Source: Candidatus Parcubacteria bacterium
GTDB taxonomy: Bacteria; Patescibacteriota; Minisyncoccia; JAHIHE01; JAGLIN01
Direction of reading: 5' to 3'
Assembly: GCA_023132875.1 (NCBI GenBank)
Contig: JAGLXN010000007.1
Coordinates: forward strand, 1,262 to 65,261
DNA: 64,000 nt
Shown here: piece after piece, positions 30,402 to 40,379 of the stretch
How the letters are laid out: each line of letters starts with the position of its first letter
How positions within the stretch are numbered: position 1 is the first letter of the stretch
Translations under genes and position numbers: made by a program
The notes under the pieces: generated by a model
Seen by the model: the letters and a program-made list of their open reading frames with translations, nothing else
Database searches by the model: none
What the model was told of the DNA's origin: nothing

Positions 30402-32672
30402 TTATTTTTTCCCTGTTTTGTCCAGATTCAATGAAATAATTTTTGATACGCCATCATCGTGCATTGTAACTCCATACAGAACTCCCGCTTGCTGCATCAT
30501 TTCCCGATTGTGAGTTATCATAATAAATTGAGTTTTTGAAGAAATATCTTTTATGATATCAGACAAATGAGCAGAATTTGCTTCATCAAGCGCTGCGTCA
30601 ATTTCGTCAAGAACTGAAAAAGGAGGAGGATTGTTAGAAATAATCGCAAATAAAATCGCAATTGAAGCAAGCGCTCTTTCACCTCCTGAAAGCATATCTA
30701 AACTGCTTATTTTTTTTCCCGGAGGAACCGCGTTAATTTCAATACCGGCAATTCTTTGCTGCTGTTCAATTTCTCCTATTGATTTTTCGCAGTTCTCTTC
30801 GTCTTCAGTATTTTCTTCTTCCTTTTCCTTAAGCACTGAATATTTTATAGACAAACCGGCTTTTCCGCCTCCAAAAATAATTTTGAAATATCTATCAAAC
30901 TCTTCATTAATTTTTTTAAAAGAACTCTTGAATATTTTCTCAATTTTTTCATCAAGCTCTTTTATTACTTCTCTTAACGAATTAGAAGCTTTTAAAAGAT
31001 CTTCTGATTGAGTTGAGAGAAATTCAAATCTGCTTTGAGTTTCCTCATATTCTTCAACTATAAGAGGATCAATTCCTCCGATTTGTTCAAGCTGGAATTT
31101 TAGTTTTCTAATTTTCGACCTGCATTCTTCCTGATTAAAATATTTTCCTTCTTGAATCTGCTCAATTTTTCCATCCTGAAGATTATCTATAAATTCATCA
31201 TTTTTAAACTCATCTTTGATTTCATTCAATAAATCCTCCTTGCGAACTTCAAATTTTGCCAGCTCAATATTTGTTTGATTTAAGTTGTCTTTAAATTTGT
31301 TTATTTCATCTTGTTTTATCTGCAATTCTTTTTCCAGTCTAAAAAATATTTGCCTTTTGTCCTGTTCTTTTTTATTAAGTTCATAAATTCTATTTTTAAT
31401 CTGATCATATTCTTTGTTATACTCATGAATTTTATCTAAAGTTACAGCCTCATCAGCTTTTAATTTTTTGAGATTATTATAATCAAATTTAGTTTTATTA
31501 TCAGACTGGCTTACCTTTCCTTCTTCAACTTCTTTTAAAAGATTCGCTACATTATTTTTTACTTTAATTCCCTCTTCGCGAATTGATTTAATATATTCTA
31601 AACTGCTTAGATTTTCTATCATACTAAGAAACTTACTGTATATAGAAATTATGCTAGAAAGTTTTTCTTTGACATATCCTAAATTTATAGGCAGATATTC
31701 TACGCTCTTTAGTTTTTCTTCTTTCTCTTTTTCGATTTGAATCCTGCCTTCTATTATAGAAAGGTTTTTTTGAAAATCATTTATAATCTCCTGCAAAGAA
31801 TCCGCCTCCTTTTGAAAATCGGCAAATTCCGCGGAATAGGTATCGTTGTTATTTTCATTTTTAGACAAATTGTTTTTTATTTCAGCTATCTCTTTAGAAT
31901 ATTCTTCAATGCTTTTTTCCAATTTTCCTCTTTGTGAATAATATTTTTTGTTATTTTGATTAAGGTTAAACCAGATATTTGAGAACAGTTTTTCTTGTTC
32001 TGCTTTCAATCCTTGCTCCACTTCGCCCCTTTTTTGGGCTCTTGATGCCTGTCTCCTAAGGGAAACTAGCCTTGGCTCAATTTCATTCAACAGATCTATT
32101 ACCCTCTGTAAATTTCTTCTTGTTGCTTCAAGCTTATTTAAGGTTTGCTGTTTCTTTATTTGAAATCTGCGAACGCCTGTAGCTTCTTCAAAAATAACCA
32201 TTCTTTCTGCCGGCGTTGCTGATAAAATTGAATCAGCCATTCCCTGATTTATAACGCAATACCCCCTCTGGCTTACTCCCGATCTCGCGAGCAAATCAAT
32301 TATATCAGAAAGTCTAACACGGCTTTTATTTATTAAATACTCGCTATCCCCATTTCTAAAAAGCTTTCTGGTTATGATAACTTCTTCATAATCAATTGGA
32401 ATTTTCTTATCGCTATTGTCTAAAAACAAAGAAACGACAGCGGCGCTCATTTTTGCCTTTTTGTCGCTTCCAGTAAAAATAACATCCTCGCCTTTTTTCC
32501 CGCGCAAACTTTTCATACTTTGCTCGCCTAGCACCCATTTTACGGCATCGGCAATATTTGATTTTCCAGAACCATTTGGCCCGACTATAGCGGTAACACC
32601 ACTTGGAAAATCCAAAACAGTCTTATTGGCAAAAGACTTAAATCCAGTTGTTTCAAGTTTTTTTAGATACAT
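30402..32672 (-). CDS. smc: short SMC-family ATPase
   Basis: GPNGSGKS, INQG, LSGGE, LDEIDAALD, ITH; only 756 aa. Confidence 0.88.
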   Translation of the reverse strand: MYLKKLETTGFKSFANKTVLDFPSGVTAIVGPNGSGKSNIADAVKWVLGEQSMKSLRGKKGEDVIFTGSDKKAKMSAAVVSLFLDNSDKKIPIDYEEVIITRKLFRNGDSEYLINKSRVRLSDIIDLLARSGVSQRGYCVINQGMADSILSATPAERMVIFEEATGVRRFQIKKQQTLNKLEATRRNLQRVIDLLNEIEPRLVSLRRQASRAQKRGEVEQGLKAEQEKLFSNIWFNLNQNNKKYYSQRGKLEKSIEEYSKEIAEIKNNLSKNENNNDTYSAEFADFQKEADSLQEIINDFQKNLSIIEGRIQIEKEKEEKLKSVEYLPINLGYVKEKLSSIISIYSKFLSMIENLSSLEYIKSIREEGIKVKNNVANLLKEVEEGKVSQSDNKTKFDYNNLKKLKADEAVTLDKIHEYNKEYDQIKNRIYELNKKEQDKRQIFFRLEKELQIKQDEINKFKDNLNQTNIELAKFEVRKEDLLNEIKDEFKNDEFIDNLQDGKIEQIQEGKYFNQEECRSKIRKLKFQLEQIGGIDPLIVEEYEETQSRFEFLSTQSEDLLKASNSLREVIKELDEKIEKIFKSSFKKINEEFDRYFKIIFGGGKAGLSIKYSVLKEKEEENTEDEENCEKSIGEIEQQQRIAGIEINAVPPGKKISSLDMLSGGERALASIAILFAIISNNPPPFSVLDEIDAALDEANSAHLSDIIKDISSKTQFIMITHNREMMQQAGVLYGVTMHDDGVSKIISLNLDKTGKK

Positions 32673-32895
32673 TAAAAATAAGTTAAAAGTTCAAAGTTAT
32701 AAAGTTATACGAAAGTGAAATGCCTAATTTGAATTCTTATTGTTTTACAAATGTTTTTTTATTGTCAAATTGTCGAATTGCCAAAAACAAGTAAAACGCG
32801 TGACAATTTGACAGTTTGACACTGTGTTGATTCTTATTTATATTATCAATGAAATTAAGACTCAGGATACTTCACTTTTATACCAACCTTAGCCC

Positions 32896-33969
32896 CTATA
32901 ATTCCAACACTTTTACCAACTGCTTAATCATTGAAACTACAACAGGCGGCGCCATCAAACTATGAGATAAAATTCCATCTTCGTTAGAGATCGTCCATGG
33001 TTTTTCAATAATTTTTACTTTTTCATTTTTTTCATCCCATTCATAGCTATATTCAGGCGTAAGTTCATAATTATCAACGCAATCCTCCGTATCCTTTACG
33101 GGAACCGTATTCCTTAATAAAACCTTTGGCATTCCGTGAAGCGAATACGCTTTTTCCATTAATTCTCCATCTAATTTCAATCTTTTTTTAATTGGTTCTA
33201 TGCCAAACTCATCGCCTTCTTTTCTAACCATTCTCACCTTCTGGCACTCAGGATTATCGCAAAGAAAGAAAAATTCTTTTTTTTCTTTGTCATATTTAAT
33301 ATTATCTTCTTTAACCGGCAATAGTTTTAAATTTCTCGGGGTATTGCATTTTGGGCAAATCAGCCGCCATTTAATTCTTTCATCAAGCACATTCTCTGGA
33401 ACATTGATTAGAATAAAAATATCCGCGTCATATCTATACCCGGCAAGATCCCTAAAAAACAAAGAATAAGAGATTTGATCAAGCCCCCTTGGAAAACCGT
33501 CTATAAAAAGAGTTTTCTTTTTAAGTTGGTCTATTTTTCTTTTAACAAGCGTCAGAACAAATTCTGTCGGCAAAAGAATTTTTGTATTTCTATCAGCAAA
33601 TGATCCTAAAACTTCGTCTATAGAAACAAATCCCCTGTAGTTTTTTCTCAAATATTTTTCTATTTCTTCTCTTTTATTTTTATCTTGCATTTCCTCTTCA
33701 ACTTCTCTGACCATATCCCCGATTGAAATATGCTTTATATATTCCTTTCCTATAACCTCGCTAAACATTTTTGAATAAGTCCCCTTCCCGGCATTTTTCT
33801 TTCCTAAAAGATAAGCGATAAAACTTCCATCTTTTTTGAAAAATGTTCTTAGCTTCTCAATTTCTTTTCCGGCTTTAGCCTCAAAATATTTTTCTCTCTC
33901 CGCTGGATCCGATAAATCAAACTTTTGATTAACTCCCTCCATTTTTGTCTTACAAATTGGAACTTCCAT
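32896..33969 (-). CDS. adenylate kinase-like nucleoside monophosphate kinase
   Basis: GKKNAGKGT P-loop, HISIGDMVR, IDGFPR, Cys-containing lid. Confidence 0.8.
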   Translation of the reverse strand: MEVPICKTKMEGVNQKFDLSDPAEREKYFEAKAGKEIEKLRTFFKKDGSFIAYLLGKKNAGKGTYSKMFSEVIGKEYIKHISIGDMVREVEEEMQDKNKREEIEKYLRKNYRGFVSIDEVLGSFADRNTKILLPTEFVLTLVKRKIDQLKKKTLFIDGFPRGLDQISYSLFFRDLAGYRYDADIFILINVPENVLDERIKWRLICPKCNTPRNLKLLPVKEDNIKYDKEKKEFFFLCDNPECQKVRMVRKEGDEFGIEPIKKRLKLDGELMEKAYSLHGMPKVLLRNTVPVKDTEDCVDNYELTPEYSYEWDEKNEKVKIIEKPWTISNEDGILSHSLMAPPVVVSMIKQLVKVLEL

Positions 33970-34104
33970 ACTTTTTAAAATTATTTAATTATAGTATCTT
34001 TATATCATAATTTTCCAATTTTTGCAATTGAACGCGATATAATGAACGCGATATAAAATAATTACTAGATAAAAATCAAAAGCTCCTATTCAGCAATTCA
34101 AAAA

Positions 34105-34144
34105 CTATAACCTCTTTCTGACGACCGTCAGAAAGAGGTTATAG
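34105..34144. repeat. perfect 19-bp-stem palindrome (REP-like)
   Basis: ctataacctctttctgacg-ac-cgtcagaaagaggttatag. Confidence 0.85.
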
Positions 34145-34172
34145 GCGCTATTTTTGAAAAAACTAGAAATTT

Positions 34173-35078
34173 TTATTCAAAAATCACATCTCCCATCCTA
34201 TCTGTTCTGAAAATTTCAATGCTCATATTTCTCAAACGATTTAAAAGTTCTTTCGCGGGATGTCCATAATTGTTTTTACCAGAAGAAATAATTGCTTTTT
34301 CTGGCTTTACAGCTTTTAAAAATTCGTTTGAAGTCGCGTATTTGCTTCCATGATGCGATGCTTTTAAAATTTTTGATTCTACATTAATATTTTTATCAAG
34401 CAGTTCTTTTTCAACTGGAAAACCAGCGTCTCCAGTTAATAAATAAGAATTATTAAATTTGTCATCCTGTCCGCTAGCCGGCAGATTCAGGATCTTTTGA
34501 TTTTTATCGCCATTCTCTCCTACATTAGATAAATTTTTATTAATAACCAGTTTTAATACTATGGACGCGTCATTGCTATTTTTAACTTCTTTGCTTTCTA
34601 AGCTCTCAAAAGGATATAAAACAGCCATTTCTACATTTCCTGCTTTTATCCTCTGCCCGAACTGAGCGTATTTTACGGAAATATTTTTTTCTTTAATTAA
34701 TTTATCCCATTCTTTACAAATCGCTTTTTCACATTCTATGCCTGTTTCTAAAACCCGTCCTACTTCATAGTATTTTAAAACCTCAACCAACCCGCCCATA
34801 TGGTCTTTGTCTGGATGAGTCATAATTACAAGTTCAATTTTGCGGTCATAAAACGGCATATATTCTCCAAGTTTCTCTAAAATATTCTTTCCATCTCCTC
34901 CATCTATTAAAATCTGCATATCATTTCCAACATCTATTAACGCCGCATCTCCTTGTCCAACATCAAGAAAAATCACTCTTGGTGTTTGAATTGGTTTTTG
35001 CTGATAAAAAGCAACAACTGCGAGAATATTGAAGAGAAATAAAAATATTAGGATTATATAGAGATATTTTTTGGACAT
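34173..35078 (-). CDS. ComEC/Rec2 metallo-beta-lactamase domain protein
   Basis: FLDVGQGDA, THPDKDHMGG, LLTGDA, HHGSK, YGHP. Confidence 0.92.
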   Translation of the reverse strand: MSKKYLYIILIFLFLFNILAVVAFYQQKPIQTPRVIFLDVGQGDAALIDVGNDMQILIDGGDGKNILEKLGEYMPFYDRKIELVIMTHPDKDHMGGLVEVLKYYEVGRVLETGIECEKAICKEWDKLIKEKNISVKYAQFGQRIKAGNVEMAVLYPFESLESKEVKNSNDASIVLKLVINKNLSNVGENGDKNQKILNLPASGQDDKFNNSYLLTGDAGFPVEKELLDKNINVESKILKASHHGSKYATSNEFLKAVKPEKAIISSGKNNYGHPAKELLNRLRNMSIEIFRTDRMGDVIFE

Positions 35079-35112
35079 ATGATATTTCTATGTTATTTTA
35101 ATTAATAATTTT

Positions 35113-35682
35113 TTACAATTCAATTCCATCAACCAGCTCCTCATAATTTAAACTTGTATATTTCCAATTCTCTGGCAATTTATGTTTTTGAAAATTATAT
35201 ATTGTATAATGGTAATGGTTTTTAAAATCTTTCGCGTCTCTTATTATGTGGTCATAAAATGATTTTTGCCATTTGAATTTTGGGATTAAAGTTTGATTTT
35301 GTACGTGTTTTTGGATAAATTTGGTTTGATAATTTTTAATTAGATCCCGCATCCGAAGGCGACACGTCGACGTGTCGCCTTCGTTATGATTATTCATAAT
35401 AATATAATTTATATCCCTTGATATATTCTCTTTTAATGACCTCATTATTTTTGAAATATTAAATTCATTATTTGGATGAATCATTAAATTTAAATGATCA
35501 TAAATTATGCAAAACCCATATAATTTAAATTTCTTTACTTCTTTACATAATTTTAATTCTTCAACCAACAATTCGCAAAATATTAACTCTTTAAAATACG
35601 GAAAATTTTGAAATGTTTTTGTGACGATGAAATAAACATTATTATCTATAAAATCACGCTTTTGTGAATTGCGATGCTGCAT
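35113..35682 (-). mobile_element. REP-associated tyrosine transposase (RAYT, Y1/IS200-like)
   Basis: YFIVTKT, DHLN (HUH variant), KWQKSFYDHIIR, HYTIYN. Confidence 0.85.
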
Positions 35683-35686
35683 AATT

Positions 35687-37192
35687 TTATCTGAAATTAT
35701 TAATCTTTTTGTTAAAACTTATATATGCTTTTATCTGTGAATAATTAAATCCCAAAACCAAAACTGCATAATAAACAGCAATAAACAAAAAATTAAATTT
35801 CTCAAAACTAAAATATCCGAAATCAAGACTGGCAAACAATTTTATAATCTCAATTTGATAAGACAAAATCAGCCAGATTGGCCATGATAATATTTGCGCG
35901 ACGAACAAATTTACAAAACCAATAATAATAAGTAAAAGCCCTCCAAGCATAACGACCGGCACGAAAGGCAGAATTAGAACATTAGCAAAAACTGAAAACA
36001 AAGAAAAGCTTCCGAAACTGTTAATAATGATCGGCAGTGTTGCAATCTGCGCCGAAATGGTTATCAGAAACATTGTCTTGATCTTCAAACAATCGGGATA
36101 TTTTTTCAAATAAAAATCAAGTCTTGGATATATATAAATTATACCAAGCACTGCTAAAAATGAAAGCTGGAATCCGGTATCATATCGCAATAGATTCGGA
36201 TCATACAAAAGCATTAAAACTCCGGCAAAAACAACCGCGTTGCAGGCGCTATTAAGCCGTCCAACTTTTACCGCAAATAATATAAGCCCTCCCATTACAA
36301 ACGCACGTACTGCCGAAGATGGAAAACCGACGAGAGCGACAAAAAAAGCAATTCCTAAAATCGCAAAATAAAACGCGTAATTTCTTCTTAATCCAACAGC
36401 AAGCAATAGATACATAAATACGATCGATACGATCGTCATGTGAAGCCCTGAAATGGCTATAATGTGCCTTGTGCCGGTTTTATTGAAACTTTCCAGCGTC
36501 TTAGAGCTTATACTCGATTTTATCCCCAGTGTCATCGCGCTTACAATTCCTGCTTGCGGTTCTGGAAATATTTTTTTGATAATATTATTCGCGTATATTC
36601 TAAATTGTGAAATTTGAAAATTAATTCCCGCGTCATTTTTCTCCACTATTTCTATTTCTGGATAATACGCGATATAATAAATCCCTTTTGAGAAAAGATA
36701 ATCTCGGTAAGCAAAACCGTCAAAATCTTCTGGAATTTTTATCTTTCCCTTAAATCTAATTTTATCAGTAAAATTATATTCAGGATAGTGATCCGCGTAT
36801 ACAATAATTTTTCCATTAATATTACTGTTATTCTCAATATTCTTTATATTTTTAATCACTATTTTTTGCTTTTCATTTTTAATTTCTGGCGCTTGTAAAA
36901 TTTCTCCGCTTATTAGCGCTTCTTGATTATCTAAACTTTTTATTTCAGAAATCTTATTTTTGCTTAATTTTCCGCTTTCAATTCTTATAAAACCCAGTAA
37001 AATAAAAATGGCTAGCAATAATATTATTCTTGCATTTTTGTTATCCCGCAATAAAAAAACAAGCGAGATAAAAAATCCAGCTTCTAAAAATAAAATCCAA
37101 ATTTGAATTGAAAAATAAGAGCCTAAAAAAATCCCAGAAATAAACGCGGCACAAAACAACAAAAAATATTTTGACCTAGTCATTGATCTCAA
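35687..37192 (-). CDS. comEC: ComEC/Rec2 competence membrane protein (OB-fold plus Competence domain)
   Basis: GTRHIIAISGLH, SAVRA, GFQLSF. Confidence 0.92.
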   Translation of the reverse strand: MRSMTRSKYFLLFCAAFISGIFLGSYFSIQIWILFLEAGFFISLVFLLRDNKNARIILLLAIFILLGFIRIESGKLSKNKISEIKSLDNQEALISGEILQAPEIKNEKQKIVIKNIKNIENNSNINGKIIVYADHYPEYNFTDKIRFKGKIKIPEDFDGFAYRDYLFSKGIYYIAYYPEIEIVEKNDAGINFQISQFRIYANNIIKKIFPEPQAGIVSAMTLGIKSSISSKTLESFNKTGTRHIIAISGLHMTIVSIVFMYLLLAVGLRRNYAFYFAILGIAFFVALVGFPSSAVRAFVMGGLILFAVKVGRLNSACNAVVFAGVLMLLYDPNLLRYDTGFQLSFLAVLGIIYIYPRLDFYLKKYPDCLKIKTMFLITISAQIATLPIIINSFGSFSLFSVFANVLILPFVPVVMLGGLLLIIIGFVNLFVAQILSWPIWLILSYQIEIIKLFASLDFGYFSFEKFNFLFIAVYYAVLVLGFNYSQIKAYISFNKKINNFR

Positions 37193-37445
37193 TTATTTTT
37201 TCCTTATTTTTCTCACCTTTAATAATACTAATTTTATTTTTACTAATATCTAATTCTTTAGATAATAATTTTATAAGCTCCGTGTTCGCTTTTCCATCAA
37301 CAGGAACAGCAGTAAGATAAATTTTAAAAAATGGCAATTCGTTGCCATTTTTATTTTTAAACCCAAGACCCGATTGATTTAAATTATCAATTCCTAAAAC
37401 TTCATTTTTTGAAGCTCTTGTTATAACTTTACATTTGAATTTCAT
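37176..37445 (-). CDS. DUF167/YggU family protein
   Basis: AVPVDGKANTELIKLLSK. Confidence 0.85.
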   Translation of the reverse strand: MKFKCKVITRASKNEVLGIDNLNQSGLGFKNKNGNELPFFKIYLTAVPVDGKANTELIKLLSKELDISKNKISIIKGEKNKEKIIEIND

Positions 37446-37576
37446 CTTTTTAAAATTGTAACTTTTAAAATTAGTTTACTTAGTGTAATTATTAGTTGTT
37501 CTAGTGTTTTATCTATAAAACACTAAAGAAACTAACGCTCACACTAAAAAAACTAAAACGCAATCTACAACAAATC

Positions 37577-38299
37577 TCAATCCAACACCACTACATTTTT
37601 ACAATATTTCTTTAACTTCTTAGACATTTTTTCTAGTTCTTCTTTTTCGTAAGGTTTTACATTTTCAAAACTATTGTGTAAAGTTTTTTCTGATCTGAAA
37701 TTCTGGATTGAATAACGAAATAATTTTGGAAAAATATTTTTACTAATTCTATTTATCCAATTTATCATCTCATCAAAATCTTCCTGATTGACATATCCAG
37801 GCACAACCGTTGTTCGAAGTTCTAATTTACTTTCACTGTCTGTAATCAAGCTTATACTTTTTTCTATATTTTCTATAATATCATCTTTTTTCGTCATAGT
37901 CTTATATTTTTCCGGAGTTGTTTTTATGTCTATTGCCCAATAATCAACCAAATTATCCTTTACCAAATCAGAAACAACGCTAAAATGAGATCCATTAGTA
38001 TCAACTTTCACCAAAAATCTCATCTCTTTTATTTTTTTTATAAATTCTTTCAAACCAAGCTGTAAAGTCGGCTCTCCACCCGTAATACAAACTCCATCCA
38101 AGTCCCCTTTTCTTAATTCTAAAAATTCTAATATTTCTTTCTCCTTTATTTTATTTTCATAATCAATTAATTTTACATCCACCAATTCAGGATTATGACA
38201 AAACGGACAACGAAAATTACATCCCATAGTAAAAACAACCGCGGCAATTCTCCCCGGATAATCTAACATTGTAAATTTTTGAAATCCACCGATAAACAT
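37577..38299 (-). CDS. nrdG: anaerobic ribonucleotide reductase activating radical SAM protein
   Basis: DYPG, CNFRCPFCHN, TGGEPT. Confidence 0.93.
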   Translation of the reverse strand: MFIGGFQKFTMLDYPGRIAAVVFTMGCNFRCPFCHNPELVDVKLIDYENKIKEKEILEFLELRKGDLDGVCITGGEPTLQLGLKEFIKKIKEMRFLVKVDTNGSHFSVVSDLVKDNLVDYWAIDIKTTPEKYKTMTKKDDIIENIEKSISLITDSESKLELRTTVVPGYVNQEDFDEMINWINRISKNIFPKLFRYSIQNFRSEKTLHNSFENVKPYEKEELEKMSKKLKKYCKNVVVLD

Positions 38300-38438
38300 A
38301 CAGCAAATTAATCATATTTATTTATTCGTGATTCGTGTTTATTCGTTTCACACTTGTATAAATTCGTTTTGGAACAAATTTATACGAATTGATTACGAAT
38401 TTTCACGAATCACGAATTAAACGATTATTAGTGTTTAT

Positions 38439-40175
38439 TTATATCGCCGCTGTAATGATATCAGGATACTTTGCAACATCTTTTTTTGCCAGCCTGTATG
38501 AAGTTCCTTCTCCCGGAGTTGCTTCAAGATTATAAAGTCCTCCTGTTTCTTTCTGATATTCTATAATCCTGTCGCGCATAAATTCTAAAACTTCTTGGGC
38601 AAATTTGTTGCCTTTCTTAGTAGTAATATCCGTCTTTGGTCCGAGAAAATTCTGTAAAGATTCGTTCATTCCTATAATTCCAATAGTTGAGAAATGATTG
38701 CTCCAATATTCCCCTCTTTGAAGTTTTATATTAGCGAGAAAATGTTTTGAATATGGATATAAGCCTTTTTCCGTAAAATTTTCAAGGGTTTTCCTTTTGA
38801 TTTCCAAACTTTCTTTCGCAAGATCCATAACCCTTTCTAAATTATCATAGAAATTTTTCTTGCTTTTAGCTAAATATCCAATTCTTGGCAAGTTAATTGT
38901 TACAACTCCTATAGAGCCGGTAAGCGGATAAGCTCCAAATAATCCTCCTCCTCGCTTATAAAGCTCTCTATTATCAAGACGCAATCTACAGCACATTGAT
39001 CTGGCGTCTTCCGGCTTCATATCGCTATTCACATAATTTGCAAAATATGGAATACCATATTTTGCAGTCATTTCCCAAATCGGTTCAAGATCTGGATCAT
39101 CCCAATTGAAATCGTCTGTTATATTATATGTTGGAATGGGAAAAGTAAAAACTCTTCCAGAAGCGTCTCCTTCTAGCATAATTTCAGCAAAAGCTTTGTT
39201 CAAAAGGCTTATTTCGTTTGTAAAGTCTTTATATTGTTCTTTTTGAGGAACTCCGCCAATCATAACAGCTTCGTCCGCAAGAGTTGAAGGGACCGTCAAA
39301 TCCATAGTTATGTTTGTAAATGGTGTTTGAAATCCGACTCGCGTTGGAACATTCATATTAAATACAAATTCCTGAATGGCTTGCTTTATGTCACGATAAG
39401 CAAGCTGGTCGTATCTGATAAAAGGAGCAAGAAGAGTGTCAAAATTTGAAAAAGCCTGAGCGCCAGCAGCTTCTCCTTGAAGCGTATAGAAAAAATTTAC
39501 AATTTGCCCTAGCGCTGATTTAAAATGTTTTGGGGCTTTGCTCTCGCTCTTCCCGCTAACTCCTCCAAATCCTTGAGAAATTAAATCTTTTAAATCCCAC
39601 CCGCAGCAATAAACCGCGAGAAGTCCAAGATCGTGAATATGAAAATCACCTTTATTATATGCTTCTCTTATTTCTGGCGGATAAATTTTTTCAATCCAAT
39701 ATTTTGAAGTTATTACATTGGCTATATAATTATTCAAACCTTGCAATGAATAGGACATATTGCTATTTTCTTTGACCTGCCAATCAATTTCTTTTAAATA
39801 GTCATCAACAAGATCCACTGATTTTTTTAGAACATCATGGCTTTCTCTTAAAAGCCTATGCTGTTCCCTGTATATTATATAAGCTTTTGCCGTATCAATA
39901 TAATTTTCCCTAATCAAAAAGTTTTCAACAATATCTTGCACTTCTTCAACGGTAGGAATTTCCGCTTTTATTTTTCCTCCGCCATTCCTAACAGTAAATC
40001 TTTTATTTATTTCACAATCTACTTTCTTCGCCAATTCCTGCGCGTTGCGTTTATTTCCCTCGCCAGTAGCAGTTAACGCTTTATAAACCGCCTTAACAAC
40101 TTTGCCCTTTTCAAATTTCACAACCCTGCCATCTCTTTTTCTGATTTGTTTCACTTTTATTTTTTTTGAATTCAT
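38439..40175 (-). CDS. nrdD: class III ribonucleoside-triphosphate reductase, C-terminally truncated
   Basis: ATP cone, HIHDL, YCCGW, RSMCCRL, EATPGEG; ends at DIITAAI without the glycyl-radical domain. Confidence 0.85.
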   Translation of the reverse strand: MNSKKIKVKQIRKRDGRVVKFEKGKVVKAVYKALTATGEGNKRNAQELAKKVDCEINKRFTVRNGGGKIKAEIPTVEEVQDIVENFLIRENYIDTAKAYIIYREQHRLLRESHDVLKKSVDLVDDYLKEIDWQVKENSNMSYSLQGLNNYIANVITSKYWIEKIYPPEIREAYNKGDFHIHDLGLLAVYCCGWDLKDLISQGFGGVSGKSESKAPKHFKSALGQIVNFFYTLQGEAAGAQAFSNFDTLLAPFIRYDQLAYRDIKQAIQEFVFNMNVPTRVGFQTPFTNITMDLTVPSTLADEAVMIGGVPQKEQYKDFTNEISLLNKAFAEIMLEGDASGRVFTFPIPTYNITDDFNWDDPDLEPIWEMTAKYGIPYFANYVNSDMKPEDARSMCCRLRLDNRELYKRGGGLFGAYPLTGSIGVVTINLPRIGYLAKSKKNFYDNLERVMDLAKESLEIKRKTLENFTEKGLYPYSKHFLANIKLQRGEYWSNHFSTIGIIGMNESLQNFLGPKTDITTKKGNKFAQEVLEFMRDRIIEYQKETGGLYNLEATPGEGTSYRLAKKDVAKYPDIITAAI

Positions 40176-40379
40176 TATATCTTCTCATTAATATGTTTAA
40201 AATAAAGCCTTAATCTATTACTTAAGTCAAACAAAAAACTGCCTTAAAACTGCCGTATTACTTCTATCATACAATAACAATTTAGCAATTTAGCAATTTA
40301 GCAATTTAAACATCCAGAAATTTCATAAATCTTCTTATCAAAAAATCTATTCTTTGCAAGACTTAATTTTTAATGTCAA

